DNA from: a bacterium
GTDB taxonomy: Bacteria > SAR324 > NAC60-12
Direction of reading: 5' to 3'
DNA: 64,000 nucleotides
Assembly: GCA_965205865.1 (NCBI GenBank)
Contig: CBDBHR010000030.1
Location: 128,001-192,000, forward strand
Part shown: positions 1 through 10,075 of the stretch, piece after piece
Numbering within the stretch: the first letter of the stretch is position 1
How the letters are laid out: every line of letters begins with the position of its first letter
Notes under the pieces: generated by a model
Told to the model about the DNA's origin: nothing
The model's database searches: none
Seen by the model: the letters and a program-made list of their open reading frames with translations, nothing else
Made by a program: the position numbers and the translations under genes

Positions 1-1
1 G

Positions 2-91
2 GTGAGCAAGAAAATGCAAGAAGTGGTGGACGAATACCGGATGAAAATCATCAATGGTGAAATTATGGTAAAAGATCCCACTGCCCAATAA
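2..91 (+). CDS. 3' end of BMP-family (nucleoside) ABC substrate-binding lipoprotein, partial
   Basis: Frame 2 reads VSKKMQEVVDEYRMKIINGEIMVKDPTAQ*. KIINGEI.V resembles BMP/PnrA C-termini, and it lies directly upstream of a nucleoside ABC ATPase. Confidence 0.7.
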   Translation: MSKKMQEVVDEYRMKIINGEIMVKDPTAQ

Positions 92-111
92 GTAAGAAGG
101 AACCATAAGAT

Positions 112-135
112 ATAGGGAGGAGCGCTCCTCCCTAT
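112..135 (+). terminator. Perfect 24-bp palindrome/stem-loop after the binding-protein gene (terminator or mRNA-stabilising hairpin)
   Basis: ATAGGGAGGAGCGCTCCTCCCTAT is its own reverse complement and is followed by TCTTT. Confidence 0.65.
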
Positions 136-183
136 TCTTTGAATGACAGGCTGAGGTAGAGCGCTGTCATTGCGGAGGAATCC

Positions 184-1701
184 ATGTATGCCGTCGAGAT
201 GAAATCCATTAGCAAGAATTTTGGAGAAGTGAAGGCCAACGATGCCGTGGATTTGCAAATCAAAGCAGGGCAAATCCATGCCATCGTTGGCGAAAATGGC
301 GCCGGGAAGACCACCATTATGGAAATTCTCTATGGTTTTTATCAAGCGGATTCCGGTGAAATCATTATATTTGGCAAGTCCGTCCGGATAGAAAATTCGC
401 ACAAAGCGATCGATTTGGGCATCGGTATGGTCCATCAACATTTCATGCTCATTCCGCCATTGACGGTCACCGAAAATATTATTTTGGGCATGGAGCCGAT
501 TCGGCGTGGCGGAATCCTGAAAATGCAGGAGGCGGTGGAAAAAATCGAAGAAATTTCTAAAGAGTATGGACTGCAAATTGATCCTTCAGCTGTTGTGGAA
601 ACACTGCCGGTGGGGATACAGCAGCGGGTAGAAATTCTAAAAGCCCTCTACCGTGGCGCGGAGATCCTGATTCTGGATGAACCCACATCCGTCCTCACCC
701 CGTTGGAAGTACGCAGTTTTTTCCAAATCCTAGGCCGCTTGGTGGAGCAGGGAAAAACCATCATTATCATTACTCATAAATTGAATGAGGTGCTGGAAAT
801 TTCCAGTGAGGTGACCGTGATGCGTGGTGGAAAAAAGGTAGGGCATTTGGCTACCAAAGACGCAACCCTGGAATCTTTGGCTACTATGATGGTAGGACGA
901 GACGTGTTACTGAAGGTTGACAAGCATCCTGCTAATCCCGGGGAGGCGCTCCTGCGGGTGGAGAATGCCTCGATTCAGGTGGAGGGCCAAGCGAAGTTAA
1001 AGAATGTTTCATTTGAAGTGCGGGCAGGAGAAGTACTTGGAATTGCGGGAGTGGAGGGCAATGGTCAGACAGAGATCGTTGAAATCCTTACAGGTCTGCG
1101 AACAGTGGATTCCGGCAAAGTTTTGTATCGAGAGCTAGCGATCACCAATGCTTCCGCGAGGCGGATCAAAGAGCACAAAATCGGCCATATTCCAGCAGAT
1201 CGAAAAGCGCGTGGCTACGTGCCCAATTATAGCAATGCGCAAAATTTGATCCTCGGTTTTCACTACCGGTCCCCATGTTGTCGTCAAAACGGATTTTTTG
1301 ATTTTGTCGCCATTGAAAACAATGCCCGGCGTTTGATCGAAGAATACAATATTCAGCCTCCCTTTAGCGAATTGCCCACCAATAAGTTATCGGGAGGCAA
1401 TCAGCAGAAATTGATTGTGGCCCGCGAATTCAACCAGCATCCCGAGTTGTTGATTGTTTCCCAACTCACCCGAGGGGTGGATATTGGCGCAATTGAGTTC
1501 ATCCATCAGAAAATCTTGGATTTGAGGGAGCAGGGAAAGGCGGTTTTGCTGATTTCTGCGGAGCTGGAAGAAATCCGTTCCTTATCAGACCGTGCAGTGG
1601 TTTTTTATGAAGGAGAAATTACCGGTGAAATCGATCTGGAACATTTTGACGAAAAAGCAATCGGCTTGATGATGACCGGACAAATGAAAAAGGTCGCATA
1701 A
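184..1701 (+). CDS. Nucleoside/sugar ABC transporter ATP-binding protein (NupA/YufO-like, tandem ABC domains)
   Basis: Walker [16 protein letters not shown], second-domain LSGGNQQK and TRGVDIGA motifs. Confidence 0.93.
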   Translation: MYAVEMKSISKNFGEVKANDAVDLQIKAGQIHAIVGENGAGKTTIMEILYGFYQADSGEIIIFGKSVRIENSHKAIDLGIGMVHQHFMLIPPLTVTENIILGMEPIRRGGILKMQEAVEKIEEISKEYGLQIDPSAVVETLPVGIQQRVEILKALYRGAEILILDEPTSVLTPLEVRSFFQILGRLVEQGKTIIIITHKLNEVLEISSEVTVMRGGKKVGHLATKDATLESLATMMVGRDVLLKVDKHPANPGEALLRVENASIQVEGQAKLKNVSFEVRAGEVLGIAGVEGNGQTEIVEILTGLRTVDSGKVLYRELAITNASARRIKEHKIGHIPADRKARGYVPNYSNAQNLILGFHYRSPCCRQNGFFDFVAIENNARRLIEEYNIQPPFSELPTNKLSGGNQQKLIVAREFNQHPELLIVSQLTRGVDIGAIEFIHQKILDLREQGKAVLLISAELEEIRSLSDRAVVFYEGEITGEIDLEHFDEKAIGLMMTGQMKKVA

Positions 1702-1757
1702 GCAAATTTCCGTTTTGAAAACTGCCCCAGTTATAAATAGTCCCTGGCTCCGCAAAT

Positions 1758-2801
1758 ATGTTTCAAAAATACGAAGTGATCACACTACCGTTACTGGCGG
1801 TACTGGCGTCTTTGATTGCGGGGGCTGTACTGATTCTGTCGGTGGGAGAAAACCCACTGGAGGCCTACTGGTTTTTTCTTCAAAACTCATTTTTTTCCGT
1901 CAGCGGTATTGGCTACACCTTGTTCTATGCCACCCCATTGATTTTCACCGGACTGGCGGTTGCATTTGGTTTTCACTGCGGCTTGTTCAACATCGGAGGA
2001 GAAGGGCAACTGCACATGGGCGCCATGATGCTCGCCTTGGTGGCAATCTGGCTGAATGGAGTGTCGGCATGGATCCTGATCCCGGTCTGCTTTCTAACGA
2101 CTTTCCTCGCCGGAGGCGTCTGGGGTGGGATTCCAGGCTATTTGAAAGCCAAATTCGGGGGGCATGAAGTGATCAATACCATCATGATGAATTTCATTGC
2201 CTTCGGTCTGACAAATTACCTGGTGGTCGGTCCCTTCCACCGTAAAGGGACGCAGGTTTTGGAAACCGAGTTTATCCCGGAAGCGGCGAGAATCCCGAGA
2301 CTGCACGACTGGATTTCCAGGGTTCCGGAATCGTTACCGCTGAATTTGGGATTTTTGGTAGCACTGGTGACGTGCGTGTTTGTTTATTTATTGTTGTGGA
2401 AAACCAAATGGGGGTATGAGATTCGGGCTGTGGGCGCCAGTATTTCGGTTGCGGAATATGCTGGCATTCCTGTGAAACGGAATATGATTCTGGCCATGTT
2501 TCTTTCGGGAGGGTTTGCCGGATTAGTGGGGGTGCATGAAGTGATGGGGTATCGATATACTTACCATGACAGTTTCTCCAATGGCGCCGGATTTATCGGC
2601 ATTGCGGTGGCTTTGCTGGGGCGCAACCACCCAGTCGGAATTATTCTCGCCTCGTTGCTTTTTGGCGCCCTCAGTCGGGGAGGGTTGTTTCTTGATATGC
2701 AGTTTGAAAGCCTGTCCCGGGATTTTGTCATGGTACTGCAAGGCGTAATTGTCCTTTTCGTTGCCATGGATCAGTTGTTTAAAAAATTATTCCGCTTGTA
2801 A
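1758..2801 (+). CDS. Nucleoside ABC transporter permease (NupB/YufP-like)
   Basis: GLFNIGGEGQ, HEVINTIMMN and GFIGIAVALLGRNHP motifs; multi-TM. Confidence 0.92.
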   Translation: MFQKYEVITLPLLAVLASLIAGAVLILSVGENPLEAYWFFLQNSFFSVSGIGYTLFYATPLIFTGLAVAFGFHCGLFNIGGEGQLHMGAMMLALVAIWLNGVSAWILIPVCFLTTFLAGGVWGGIPGYLKAKFGGHEVINTIMMNFIAFGLTNYLVVGPFHRKGTQVLETEFIPEAARIPRLHDWISRVPESLPLNLGFLVALVTCVFVYLLLWKTKWGYEIRAVGASISVAEYAGIPVKRNMILAMFLSGGFAGLVGVHEVMGYRYTYHDSFSNGAGFIGIAVALLGRNHPVGIILASLLFGALSRGGLFLDMQFESLSRDFVMVLQGVIVLFVAMDQLFKKLFRL

Positions 2802-2816
2802 GCGTGCAGGGACTTC

Positions 2817-4049
2817 ATGAAGAAAGAGACCACATCGGAACTTCGGGAAATCATCAAACAACTTCCTAAAACCGACCTCCATGTCCATCTGGACGGTTCG
2901 ATCCGTCTGGAAACCCTGATTGAAATTTCAAAAAGGGAAAACCTCGATCTTCCTAGTTATACGGTAGAGGGTCTGGAAGAGATTCTTTTCAAATCGCACT
3001 ATGAGAGCTTAGAGGAATACCTGTCCACGTTTGCCTATTCATGCGCTGTGATGCAAAAACCGGAATATTTAGAGCAGATTGCCTATGAATTCGCCCGTGA
3101 CAATCAAAATGAAGGGGTGCGGTATGTGGAGGTTCGCTTTGCGCCGCAATTGCTGATCAATCAAAACCAAAATATGGAGACGGTGCTGGAACATGTCAAT
3201 AAAGGGTTGTTGAAAGCACAGCAGAAATTCAATCAGCGACCTGATGTGCGCTGCGGGCAGACACCTCCTTTTTACTATGGCCTGATTGCTTGCGCGATGA
3301 GAAATTTTGGTCCGGTTTCAACGTACTATAAGACGATGATTGATTTACTGGCACACTCCGAGATGCTTGAAATCCGTAAACTGGCGTCCATGGAATTGGC
3401 CAAGGCGGTGGTACGGATTCGGGATGAGCAGGGAATTCCAATTGTTGGATTTGATCTGGCAGGAGCCGAAGCGGGGTATCCGGCAAAAGATCATTGGGAA
3501 GCTTATCAATATGCGCATGAATCCTTCATGCACAAAACAGTGCACGCGGGTGAAGCCTACGGCCCGGAATCCATCTTTCAGGCCATCACGGAGTTGCACG
3601 CCGACCGGATCGGACATGGTTATTATCTCTTTGATGCCTCAAAGATCAAAGATCCACGCATCGCAGACAAAGAACAATACATTTCGGATTTATGCCAATA
3701 TATTGCCGACCGGCGGATTTCCATTGAAGTTTGTCTCACCAGTAACTTGCAAACCAATCCGGCGATCAAGAGAGTGGAAAATCATAATTTCCGTAAAATG
3801 CTGGAATACAACTTGAGTACCACTCTTTGTACAGACAATCGCACGGTCAGTAAAACCTCGGTTACGAATGAGATATGCCTGGCTATGAAAGGATTCGGTT
3901 TGAAAAACCGGTCCTTGAAGAATTGCATCACTTATGGTTTCAAACGAAGTTTTTTCCCTGAAAGTTATACGGAGAAACGCCAATACGTGCGTCGATGCAT
4001 CGACTATTATGAACAATTAACCGAGGGGATTCTTGATTTGGAATCTTGA
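2817..4049 (+). CDS. add: Adenosine deaminase family protein
   Basis: LPKTDLHVHLDGS, YVEVRFAP, TVHAGE, RIGHG, EVCLTSN and TDN motifs. Confidence 0.9.
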   Translation: MKKETTSELREIIKQLPKTDLHVHLDGSIRLETLIEISKRENLDLPSYTVEGLEEILFKSHYESLEEYLSTFAYSCAVMQKPEYLEQIAYEFARDNQNEGVRYVEVRFAPQLLINQNQNMETVLEHVNKGLLKAQQKFNQRPDVRCGQTPPFYYGLIACAMRNFGPVSTYYKTMIDLLAHSEMLEIRKLASMELAKAVVRIRDEQGIPIVGFDLAGAEAGYPAKDHWEAYQYAHESFMHKTVHAGEAYGPESIFQAITELHADRIGHGYYLFDASKIKDPRIADKEQYISDLCQYIADRRISIEVCLTSNLQTNPAIKRVENHNFRKMLEYNLSTTLCTDNRTVSKTSVTNEICLAMKGFGLKNRSLKNCITYGFKRSFFPESYTEKRQYVRRCIDYYEQLTEGILDLES

Positions 4050-4981
4050 AAGGTATGTGGGAAATATTCGACTTGGAATTAATCAGTTCCGGAGTGCGGC
4101 TTTCGACTCCGTTGATTTTAGCAGCTTTGGGCGGGATGTTTTCGGAACGCTCGGGAGTTGTCAATATTGCCTTGGATGGGATCATGATTTTCGGGGCATT
4201 TGCTGCCGCCTCGGTTGCTTATGAGCTGGGAAACCCGTGGATGGGGCTGCTCGCGGCAGTGATTGTCGGAGGATTGATCGCGCATGTCCATGGGGTGGCC
4301 AGTATCCGCTATCAGGCCGATCAAATCGTCAGTGGAACCGCCATTAACCTGCTGGCCATCGGAGTGCCGGCTATGTTGGCCAACGCCTTATATGGCTCGA
4401 CCAGCATTACCCCCAATTTAGTATTGCCCTTACCGGTAATAGAACTTCCCTTGATTTCAAAAATCCCGGTATTGAACGTGCTTGTGGGGAAATATTCTTT
4501 TCTGGTGTACTTTGCATTTCTGATGGTACCGCTTTCTTGGTTTGTCTTGTTCAAGACCAGTTTTGGTTTGCGCTTGCGTTCTGTGGGAGAAAACCCCGAT
4601 GCCGCGAATACGGCTGGAGTGAACGTCTATTTGATGCGATTCTATGGAGTGTGGCTCAGTGGTATGCTGGCCGGGTTGGGCGGTGCCTTTCTCTCCATTG
4701 CGCATGGTAGTGCCTTTGTGCGCAATATCTCGGCAGGACGAGGATTCATTGCCCTGGCTGCTTTGATTTTCGGAAGATATAACCCCAAATTGACCTTAGT
4801 GGGTTGTCTCTTGTTCGGCATTGCCGATGCGTTCCAAATCCGGGTTCAGGGCGCCGTTGATATTCCCGTACAGTTTATTCAGATATTCCCTTATGTATTG
4901 ACGATGGTCGTTTTAGCCGGTCTGATTGGAAAGGCAAAGGTTCCGGCAGCCGATGGCATTCCTTATACGCAATCCAAATAA
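4046..4981 (+). CDS. Nucleoside ABC transporter permease (NupC/YufQ-like)
   Basis: SERSGVVNIALDG, GLRLRSVGENP and GRGFIALAALIFG motifs. Confidence 0.92.
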   Translation: MKGMWEIFDLELISSGVRLSTPLILAALGGMFSERSGVVNIALDGIMIFGAFAAASVAYELGNPWMGLLAAVIVGGLIAHVHGVASIRYQADQIVSGTAINLLAIGVPAMLANALYGSTSITPNLVLPLPVIELPLISKIPVLNVLVGKYSFLVYFAFLMVPLSWFVLFKTSFGLRLRSVGENPDAANTAGVNVYLMRFYGVWLSGMLAGLGGAFLSIAHGSAFVRNISAGRGFIALAALIFGRYNPKLTLVGCLLFGIADAFQIRVQGAVDIPVQFIQIFPYVLTMVVLAGLIGKAKVPAADGIPYTQSK

Positions 4982-4988
4982 GAGAGAC

Positions 4989-5618
4989 GTGCAGCTTCTA
5001 AAAAGTGTTCCGAGCCTTTTCTTGTTGTGCCTGGTTTCTTACGGGGGAAGCTTGCAGGCTCAGACAGAATCTCCACAGCCAAGTGCTGAAAAACAATCCC
5101 ATAGAAACGGAGATAAAGCGTCCGAAGTCAATTTATCCGAAATAAACTGGGATGAGGAAGAGACTGAAGAAACCGAGTCAACCTCTGTCAGCGACTTGCA
5201 AAACATTAACTGGGATGAAGAAGATGCAGAGGATTCAGCCATCGGAGAGGCGGAATCCGACTCAGAAAGCGGAACATCGACTTCCAGCTTGCAAAGTATA
5301 AATTGGGATGATGAAGATAGTGATGACGAATCGGCAGACTTCATTCATCCCCCTGAAAGCCGGGAAGCGAGTGAGGAATTGTCAGAAGGAGAAATCATGC
5401 TCATTCACTGGAGCGGAAGTATCCTTTTTTTGCTTTACATCTCTATGAGTTTAGGGAGCGGTTACTTTCTCAGAAATTCGAAATTGTCGGAGCGTTTTCC
5501 ACCGGATATTTTGATCATATTGCATACCCTCTGGCCTCTGGAATGGGCCATGCTACCTTTTTTCAGAAAAAGAAAAGGCGTTGAAGAAAGATTTGCGCCA
5601 TCGAGGCAGGAAGATTGA
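4989..5618 (+). CDS. Hypothetical exported/membrane protein with acidic INWD(E/D)E repeats
   Basis: Likely GTG start at 4989; signal-peptide-like N-terminus, three L..INWD(E/D)E repeats, C-terminal hydrophobic segments; abuts the next gene. Confidence 0.7.
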   Translation: MQLLKSVPSLFLLCLVSYGGSLQAQTESPQPSAEKQSHRNGDKASEVNLSEINWDEEETEETESTSVSDLQNINWDEEDAEDSAIGEAESDSESGTSTSSLQSINWDDEDSDDESADFIHPPESREASEELSEGEIMLIHWSGSILFLLYISMSLGSGYFLRNSKLSERFPPDILIILHTLWPLEWAMLPFFRKRKGVEERFAPSRQED

Positions 5619-6209
5619 ATGAGAGCGGAACGATTGAAAGAACAACTGGCGTTTCTTGTAGAAATTGATAAGCTGAAAGGAATTGTGAGACGGACACATT
5701 TGCTGGAAACGCCACGTTTGGAAAACTCGGCGGAACATAGCTGGCACATTGCGATGATGGCGCTTTTGCTCAGTGAACATGCAGAGGAAGAAATCAACCA
5801 GCTTCGGGTCCTCAAAATGCTGCTGATTCATGACATCGTGGAAATCGATGCCGGGGACACATTTTGTTATGATCAAGAAGGCGCCATGGATAAAGAGCGT
5901 CGTGAAATAGATGCGGCAGTCCGGCTTTTCGGATTGCTGCCAAGCGACCAAGGAAATGAATTGAGAGCCCTTTGGGACGAATTCGAAGCCCAAGAAACTG
6001 CTGAGGCAAAATTCGCCGGAGCAATGGACCGTCTGATGCCATTGTTGCACAACTACCATAGTCAGGGAAAAGGGTGGAGAGAGCATGCAATAACCCGATC
6101 GCAGGTCGTAGAGCGAAATAAGCATATTCAAGCCGGTTCAGCAGAGCTCTGGCAATATGCGAGTGAAATCATCGAAAAATCCGTGGAAAAAGGGTATTTG
6201 GCTCCTTGA
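5619..6209 (+). CDS. HD-domain phosphohydrolase (HDDC2/YfbR-like 5'-deoxynucleotidase family)
   Basis: ENSAEHSWH, IHDIVEIDAGD and DRLMPL motifs. Confidence 0.88.
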   Translation: MRAERLKEQLAFLVEIDKLKGIVRRTHLLETPRLENSAEHSWHIAMMALLLSEHAEEEINQLRVLKMLLIHDIVEIDAGDTFCYDQEGAMDKERREIDAAVRLFGLLPSDQGNELRALWDEFEAQETAEAKFAGAMDRLMPLLHNYHSQGKGWREHAITRSQVVERNKHIQAGSAELWQYASEIIEKSVEKGYLAP

Positions 6210-6270
6210 AAGGCATGCGGATTTGCGAGGGATGTTTCATTTTATGAACCAATCAATGAAAGAGGTTGCT

Positions 6271-7854
6271 ATGAAAAAAATAATTTATTTTTCAGTGCTG
6301 CTCATTTTTGTACTGGTTGGCAAGGGAGTTTATCCCTATCAGGAAGGAAAAACTTATAAGCTAACACTTTTGCATACCAATGATCATCACGGCAGATTTT
6401 GGAAAAATCAAAACAATGAATATGGCTTGGCGGCACGAAAGACACTGATTGATCGTATCCGAAAAGAAGTCATTAGGGCTGATGGTTATGTGCTGCTTTT
6501 ATCAGGAGGAGATATCAACACGGGGGTTCCGGAGTCGGATTTGCAAGATGCCGAACCTGATTTCAAAGGGATGCGAATGCTCAGATATGACGCCATGGCC
6601 GTGGGCAATCACGAATTTGACAACCCCCTGGATGTGTTGCGTCAGCAAGAAAAGTGGGCCGCATTCCCTTTTTTGTCTGCCAATATTTTTCAAGAAGGAA
6701 CCGAGAATACTCTTTTTCGGAGCCATGTTACCTATTCTTATGATGGCATGAAAATAACCATTGTTGGATTCACAACAGAAGATACGCGAATTATAGGGAA
6801 TCCCGAATTTATAGGTGGTATTGAGTTTCGTTCACCGCTGGAAGTGGCGCAAACCCTGATCCCCAAACTGCGAAAGCAAACCAATATCCTGATTGCGGTG
6901 ACACATTTGGGACATTACCAAAATGCGAAATATGGTAGCAATGCTCCTGGCGACGTCACACTTGCCAGGTCTGTCGACGGCATCGATATCATTGTCGGGG
7001 GTCATTCTCAAAATCCCCTCTTTGAACCAGACATCCAAAATGGAACGATAATCGTGCAAGCTCATGAATGGGGAAAGTACGTGGGAAGGATGGATCTGAC
7101 ATTCCTTGACGACCAATTGACGATGAAAAGTTTCCGCTTGATTCCAGTGAATTTAACCAAGCAAGTCAAAGATGAGAAAACCGGGGAAGACAGGCGGGTT
7201 TTTCAGGAACAAGAAATTCCGGAAAATGAAGAAATGCTGACTTTCCTGAAGCCCTTTCAGGAAATCGGGAATAAAGAATTGGAACGTGTCGTAGGCCAGA
7301 GCAATGGCGTATTTGTAGGAGAAAGAACGATTGTGCGAAACAATGAAACCAATCTGGGAAATTTAATCGCCATTGCTCAAATGGAAAAAACAAATGCGGA
7401 TCTGGCAGTGATGAACTCAGGCGGGATCCGGGAAAATCTTCCTGCAGGGGACATCACCTATAAGGATGTATTGATTGCGCAGCCTTTTGCCAATACGATC
7501 TGCACAGTCACTTTTAATGGTGATGAATTGAAAGACTATCTCCAAGCGGTTGTCAACAAAAAGAAAGGCTCCGGTGCCTTTGCGCAGTTCACCAATGTGG
7601 AGTTACGTATGAATGGAGAGACCCTGATTAGCGCAATTGTGGCAGGAGAACCGGTGTCGGCCGATAAAACATACAAACTGGCGATCAACAGCTTCATTGC
7701 TGCTGGTGGTGATGGGTATCCGGTAGTAAAAGCACATCCCGATTTTGTCGACACTGGCTATGTGGATGCGGATTTATTACGAGAGTACATTGTAAAAAAT
7801 TCTCCTTTGCAAGTCGAAGCTTTTGCTCCCACCCATGATGTGATTCAGGAATGA
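6271..7854 (+). CDS. ushA: Bifunctional UDP-sugar hydrolase/5'-nucleotidase
   Basis: HTNDHHG, GGDINTGVPESD, GNHEFD, GGHSQ and NSGGIR motifs; signal peptide; AGAGG RBS before ATG 6271. Confidence 0.92.
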   Translation: MKKIIYFSVLLIFVLVGKGVYPYQEGKTYKLTLLHTNDHHGRFWKNQNNEYGLAARKTLIDRIRKEVIRADGYVLLLSGGDINTGVPESDLQDAEPDFKGMRMLRYDAMAVGNHEFDNPLDVLRQQEKWAAFPFLSANIFQEGTENTLFRSHVTYSYDGMKITIVGFTTEDTRIIGNPEFIGGIEFRSPLEVAQTLIPKLRKQTNILIAVTHLGHYQNAKYGSNAPGDVTLARSVDGIDIIVGGHSQNPLFEPDIQNGTIIVQAHEWGKYVGRMDLTFLDDQLTMKSFRLIPVNLTKQVKDEKTGEDRRVFQEQEIPENEEMLTFLKPFQEIGNKELERVVGQSNGVFVGERTIVRNNETNLGNLIAIAQMEKTNADLAVMNSGGIRENLPAGDITYKDVLIAQPFANTICTVTFNGDELKDYLQAVVNKKKGSGAFAQFTNVELRMNGETLISAIVAGEPVSADKTYKLAINSFIAAGGDGYPVVKAHPDFVDTGYVDADLLREYIVKNSPLQVEAFAPTHDVIQE

Positions 7855-7930
7855 GATTCCACAGTCATGAAAACCCTATGAATTTGGAGTGGCCACTCCG
7901 GGCCACTTCTTCCCACTCGAAAAATCCTTC

Positions 7931-9016
7931 ATGCTTTTATCGACCCGTGAAGAATCCCGCGATCTGATTCCAGTCCTTGGTCAGGTACGAAATCTGGTTT
8001 TTGATCTCAACAGCTTGCCGGCGATTCGTTCGAAAGAGGAACTGGAATCCCTCAAGCAAATTTTCCTGGTATTGATTGAACGAGATTTCCATTTGACTGT
8101 CGTTTGGGAGGAATCCGATTATCCTGTGGAGTGGAGAAATCACAATGAATTGACAGTGATCCGTATTCCCCGTGATGACGCTATCTCGATATTCGAAAAT
8201 CCGATTCTTCTTTCCACAAAGTATTTCTGGATTACTGAAAATCCGGCCATTCAGCAACAACTGGCAGAACAGGATTGCTTATTTGCATATGGTAACCTCA
8301 CTGCTCAACAGATACCTGGCATCCATTATGAATATTTGAGGGATTTGCTGGAGCTTTTCAATCCAAGCCAGCATACCGCAAAGCTGTTGAGTGAAATGAT
8401 TGTCGACTTGAAATCCCCAGCCCCTCGACAACCATTGATTATAGGCATTGGTGGGCCAGATGAATGTGGGCATGCGTACTTCATTGAAGCACTGCTCGAG
8501 GCATTGGAAAAACAAGATATTCTGGTAGAAGGTCTGGATTTGACTGAATTGATTTCCACAGAGTTCCATACCCGGAAGTACTGGCGTTCTGATGAGATCG
8601 AGCAATGGATGATGAACGAGTGTCTACTTCCATTTTCAGAAGGACATCGTATTTTCATGGAAAACCCGCCCGAGTTTATGAAACCCTATGAAACCAATGT
8701 CTACCCCTTCTTTCTGGCCCCGGAAATGGTCCTGGTTGTTTGGGGTACCGCTCTATTTTTACCACGGCTCCAGCAAATCATGGATACTGGGATTTTATTG
8801 GAAGTGTCGCCGAAAGCAGCAACTGCCAGACTATTTGGCCTTGACGAACGGGAAAATTTTGATCCGGATTTCGTTCGTAAATATGAGAAGAATGACGGGC
8901 GCCTTTATGAGGATTATCTGCAAAAATATAAAGTAAGGGACTGGGTGGAGCAGCGGGTGGATTTTGATAATTTCCACGCATTCCAACTGAAAAGCCAGGG
9001 GGCTCAAAGGTTATGA
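7931..9016 (+). CDS. Hypothetical protein with degenerate HAD-like N-terminus and degenerate uridine-kinase-like P-loop domain
   Basis: NLVFDLNS resembles HAD motif I; LIIGIGGPDECGHA resembles kinase IGIxGxxxxGKT but lacks the Lys. Confidence 0.55.
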   Translation: MLLSTREESRDLIPVLGQVRNLVFDLNSLPAIRSKEELESLKQIFLVLIERDFHLTVVWEESDYPVEWRNHNELTVIRIPRDDAISIFENPILLSTKYFWITENPAIQQQLAEQDCLFAYGNLTAQQIPGIHYEYLRDLLELFNPSQHTAKLLSEMIVDLKSPAPRQPLIIGIGGPDECGHAYFIEALLEALEKQDILVEGLDLTELISTEFHTRKYWRSDEIEQWMMNECLLPFSEGHRIFMENPPEFMKPYETNVYPFFLAPEMVLVVWGTALFLPRLQQIMDTGILLEVSPKAATARLFGLDERENFDPDFVRKYEKNDGRLYEDYLQKYKVRDWVEQRVDFDNFHAFQLKSQGAQRL

Positions 9017-9471
9017 AAACGGCGCATGTCCGCTTCCAGAATTTTTTCCTCTTCGGGGCTCAGTGGAAGGTCTTCCTGCAGTTCATTCTCTTGTTTTTTT
9101 GCCCACTGCCGGCTTTTATGAAATAAGAAAACAAGCCCAGCCGCCATTGCCAATCCCGGCAAGAACCACAGCAGCAAGTTAAAACCCTGCCTCGGTGGAC
9201 TGCGCAGAATCCATTCGCCATAACGTTCAACAAAATACGCGCGAATTTCGTCATCCGTGGCGCCGGATTGCAACATATCTTTGATTTTATTGCGAATCTG
9301 TACGGAAAAACCTGCTTCCGAATCCTTCACGGACAATCCCTGACAAGTGGGACATCGGAATTGATTGAACAAATCCTTGAGACGCGATTCCATTTCAGTC
9401 TCGGAAAGTGCTCCTGCCCCAGTGGCAAAGAGCATCAGAATTGCCGCCAGTAATGTGAAAAATCGAGTCAT
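9004..9471 (-). CDS. ccmH: Cytochrome c biogenesis protein CcmH/CycL
   Basis: RCPTCQG, FVERYGEWIL..PP, C-terminal TM helix. Confidence 0.92.
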   Translation of the reverse strand: MTRFFTLLAAILMLFATGAGALSETEMESRLKDLFNQFRCPTCQGLSVKDSEAGFSVQIRNKIKDMLQSGATDDEIRAYFVERYGEWILRSPPRQGFNLLLWFLPGLAMAAGLVFLFHKSRQWAKKQENELQEDLPLSPEEEKILEADMRRFHNL

Positions 9472-9496
9472 GCGCTTACCAATGATTTGAAATAAT

Positions 9497-10051
9497 TCAA
9501 TTTTCCGGAGTGGACGATTCCAACAACGCCTGTACTTGTCGGGTCATTACTTCCTCGGTCACTCCTCCGACCTGTTTGTAGTGGACGATTCCCCGAGCGT
9601 CGATAAAAAATGTTTCCGGTACCCCATAGATGCCATAATCCAGCGCAATGCCGCCTTTCTCATCATCCAGGGCCAGAAAATATTGCTTGCCAAAGCGCTG
9701 GGCAAATGCCTGAGCCTGCAACAATTTGTCCTGAATGGCAATGCCCAGGACGTAAATCCGGTTTTGCTGTTTTTCGTAATGTTGATGATAGGCTTCCAGA
9801 ATGCCGGCCTCGGTTCGACATTCGAGGCACCAGGAAGCCCAAAAATTGAGCACCACCGGTTTTCCCTTGAGATCACTGAGCTGCAGGGAAGCGCTGCCAT
9901 CCATGGCTACCACTTTAAAATCAGGAGCAAGCTTTCCGATCAAGGGAGAAGGCACATGTTTGGGATTGGATGTCAATCCAAAAGCCAATAAGCCAATAAA
10001 ACCAAGGACTACCACAATCACGCACCAGAATTTCAGAGATTTCAATAGCAT
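9497..10051 (-). CDS. ccmG: Thiol-disulfide oxidoreductase CcmG/DsbE (TlpA family)
   Basis: NFWASWCLEC, YGVPETFFID, SPLIGK.AP; lies between ccmF and ccmH. Confidence 0.88.
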   Translation of the reverse strand: MLLKSLKFWCVIVVVLGFIGLLAFGLTSNPKHVPSPLIGKLAPDFKVVAMDGSASLQLSDLKGKPVVLNFWASWCLECRTEAGILEAYHQHYEKQQNRIYVLGIAIQDKLLQAQAFAQRFGKQYFLALDDEKGGIALDYGIYGVPETFFIDARGIVHYKQVGGVTEEVMTRQVQALLESSTPEN

Positions 10052-10075
10052 ACGGCAATACAGGAATCGATTAAT

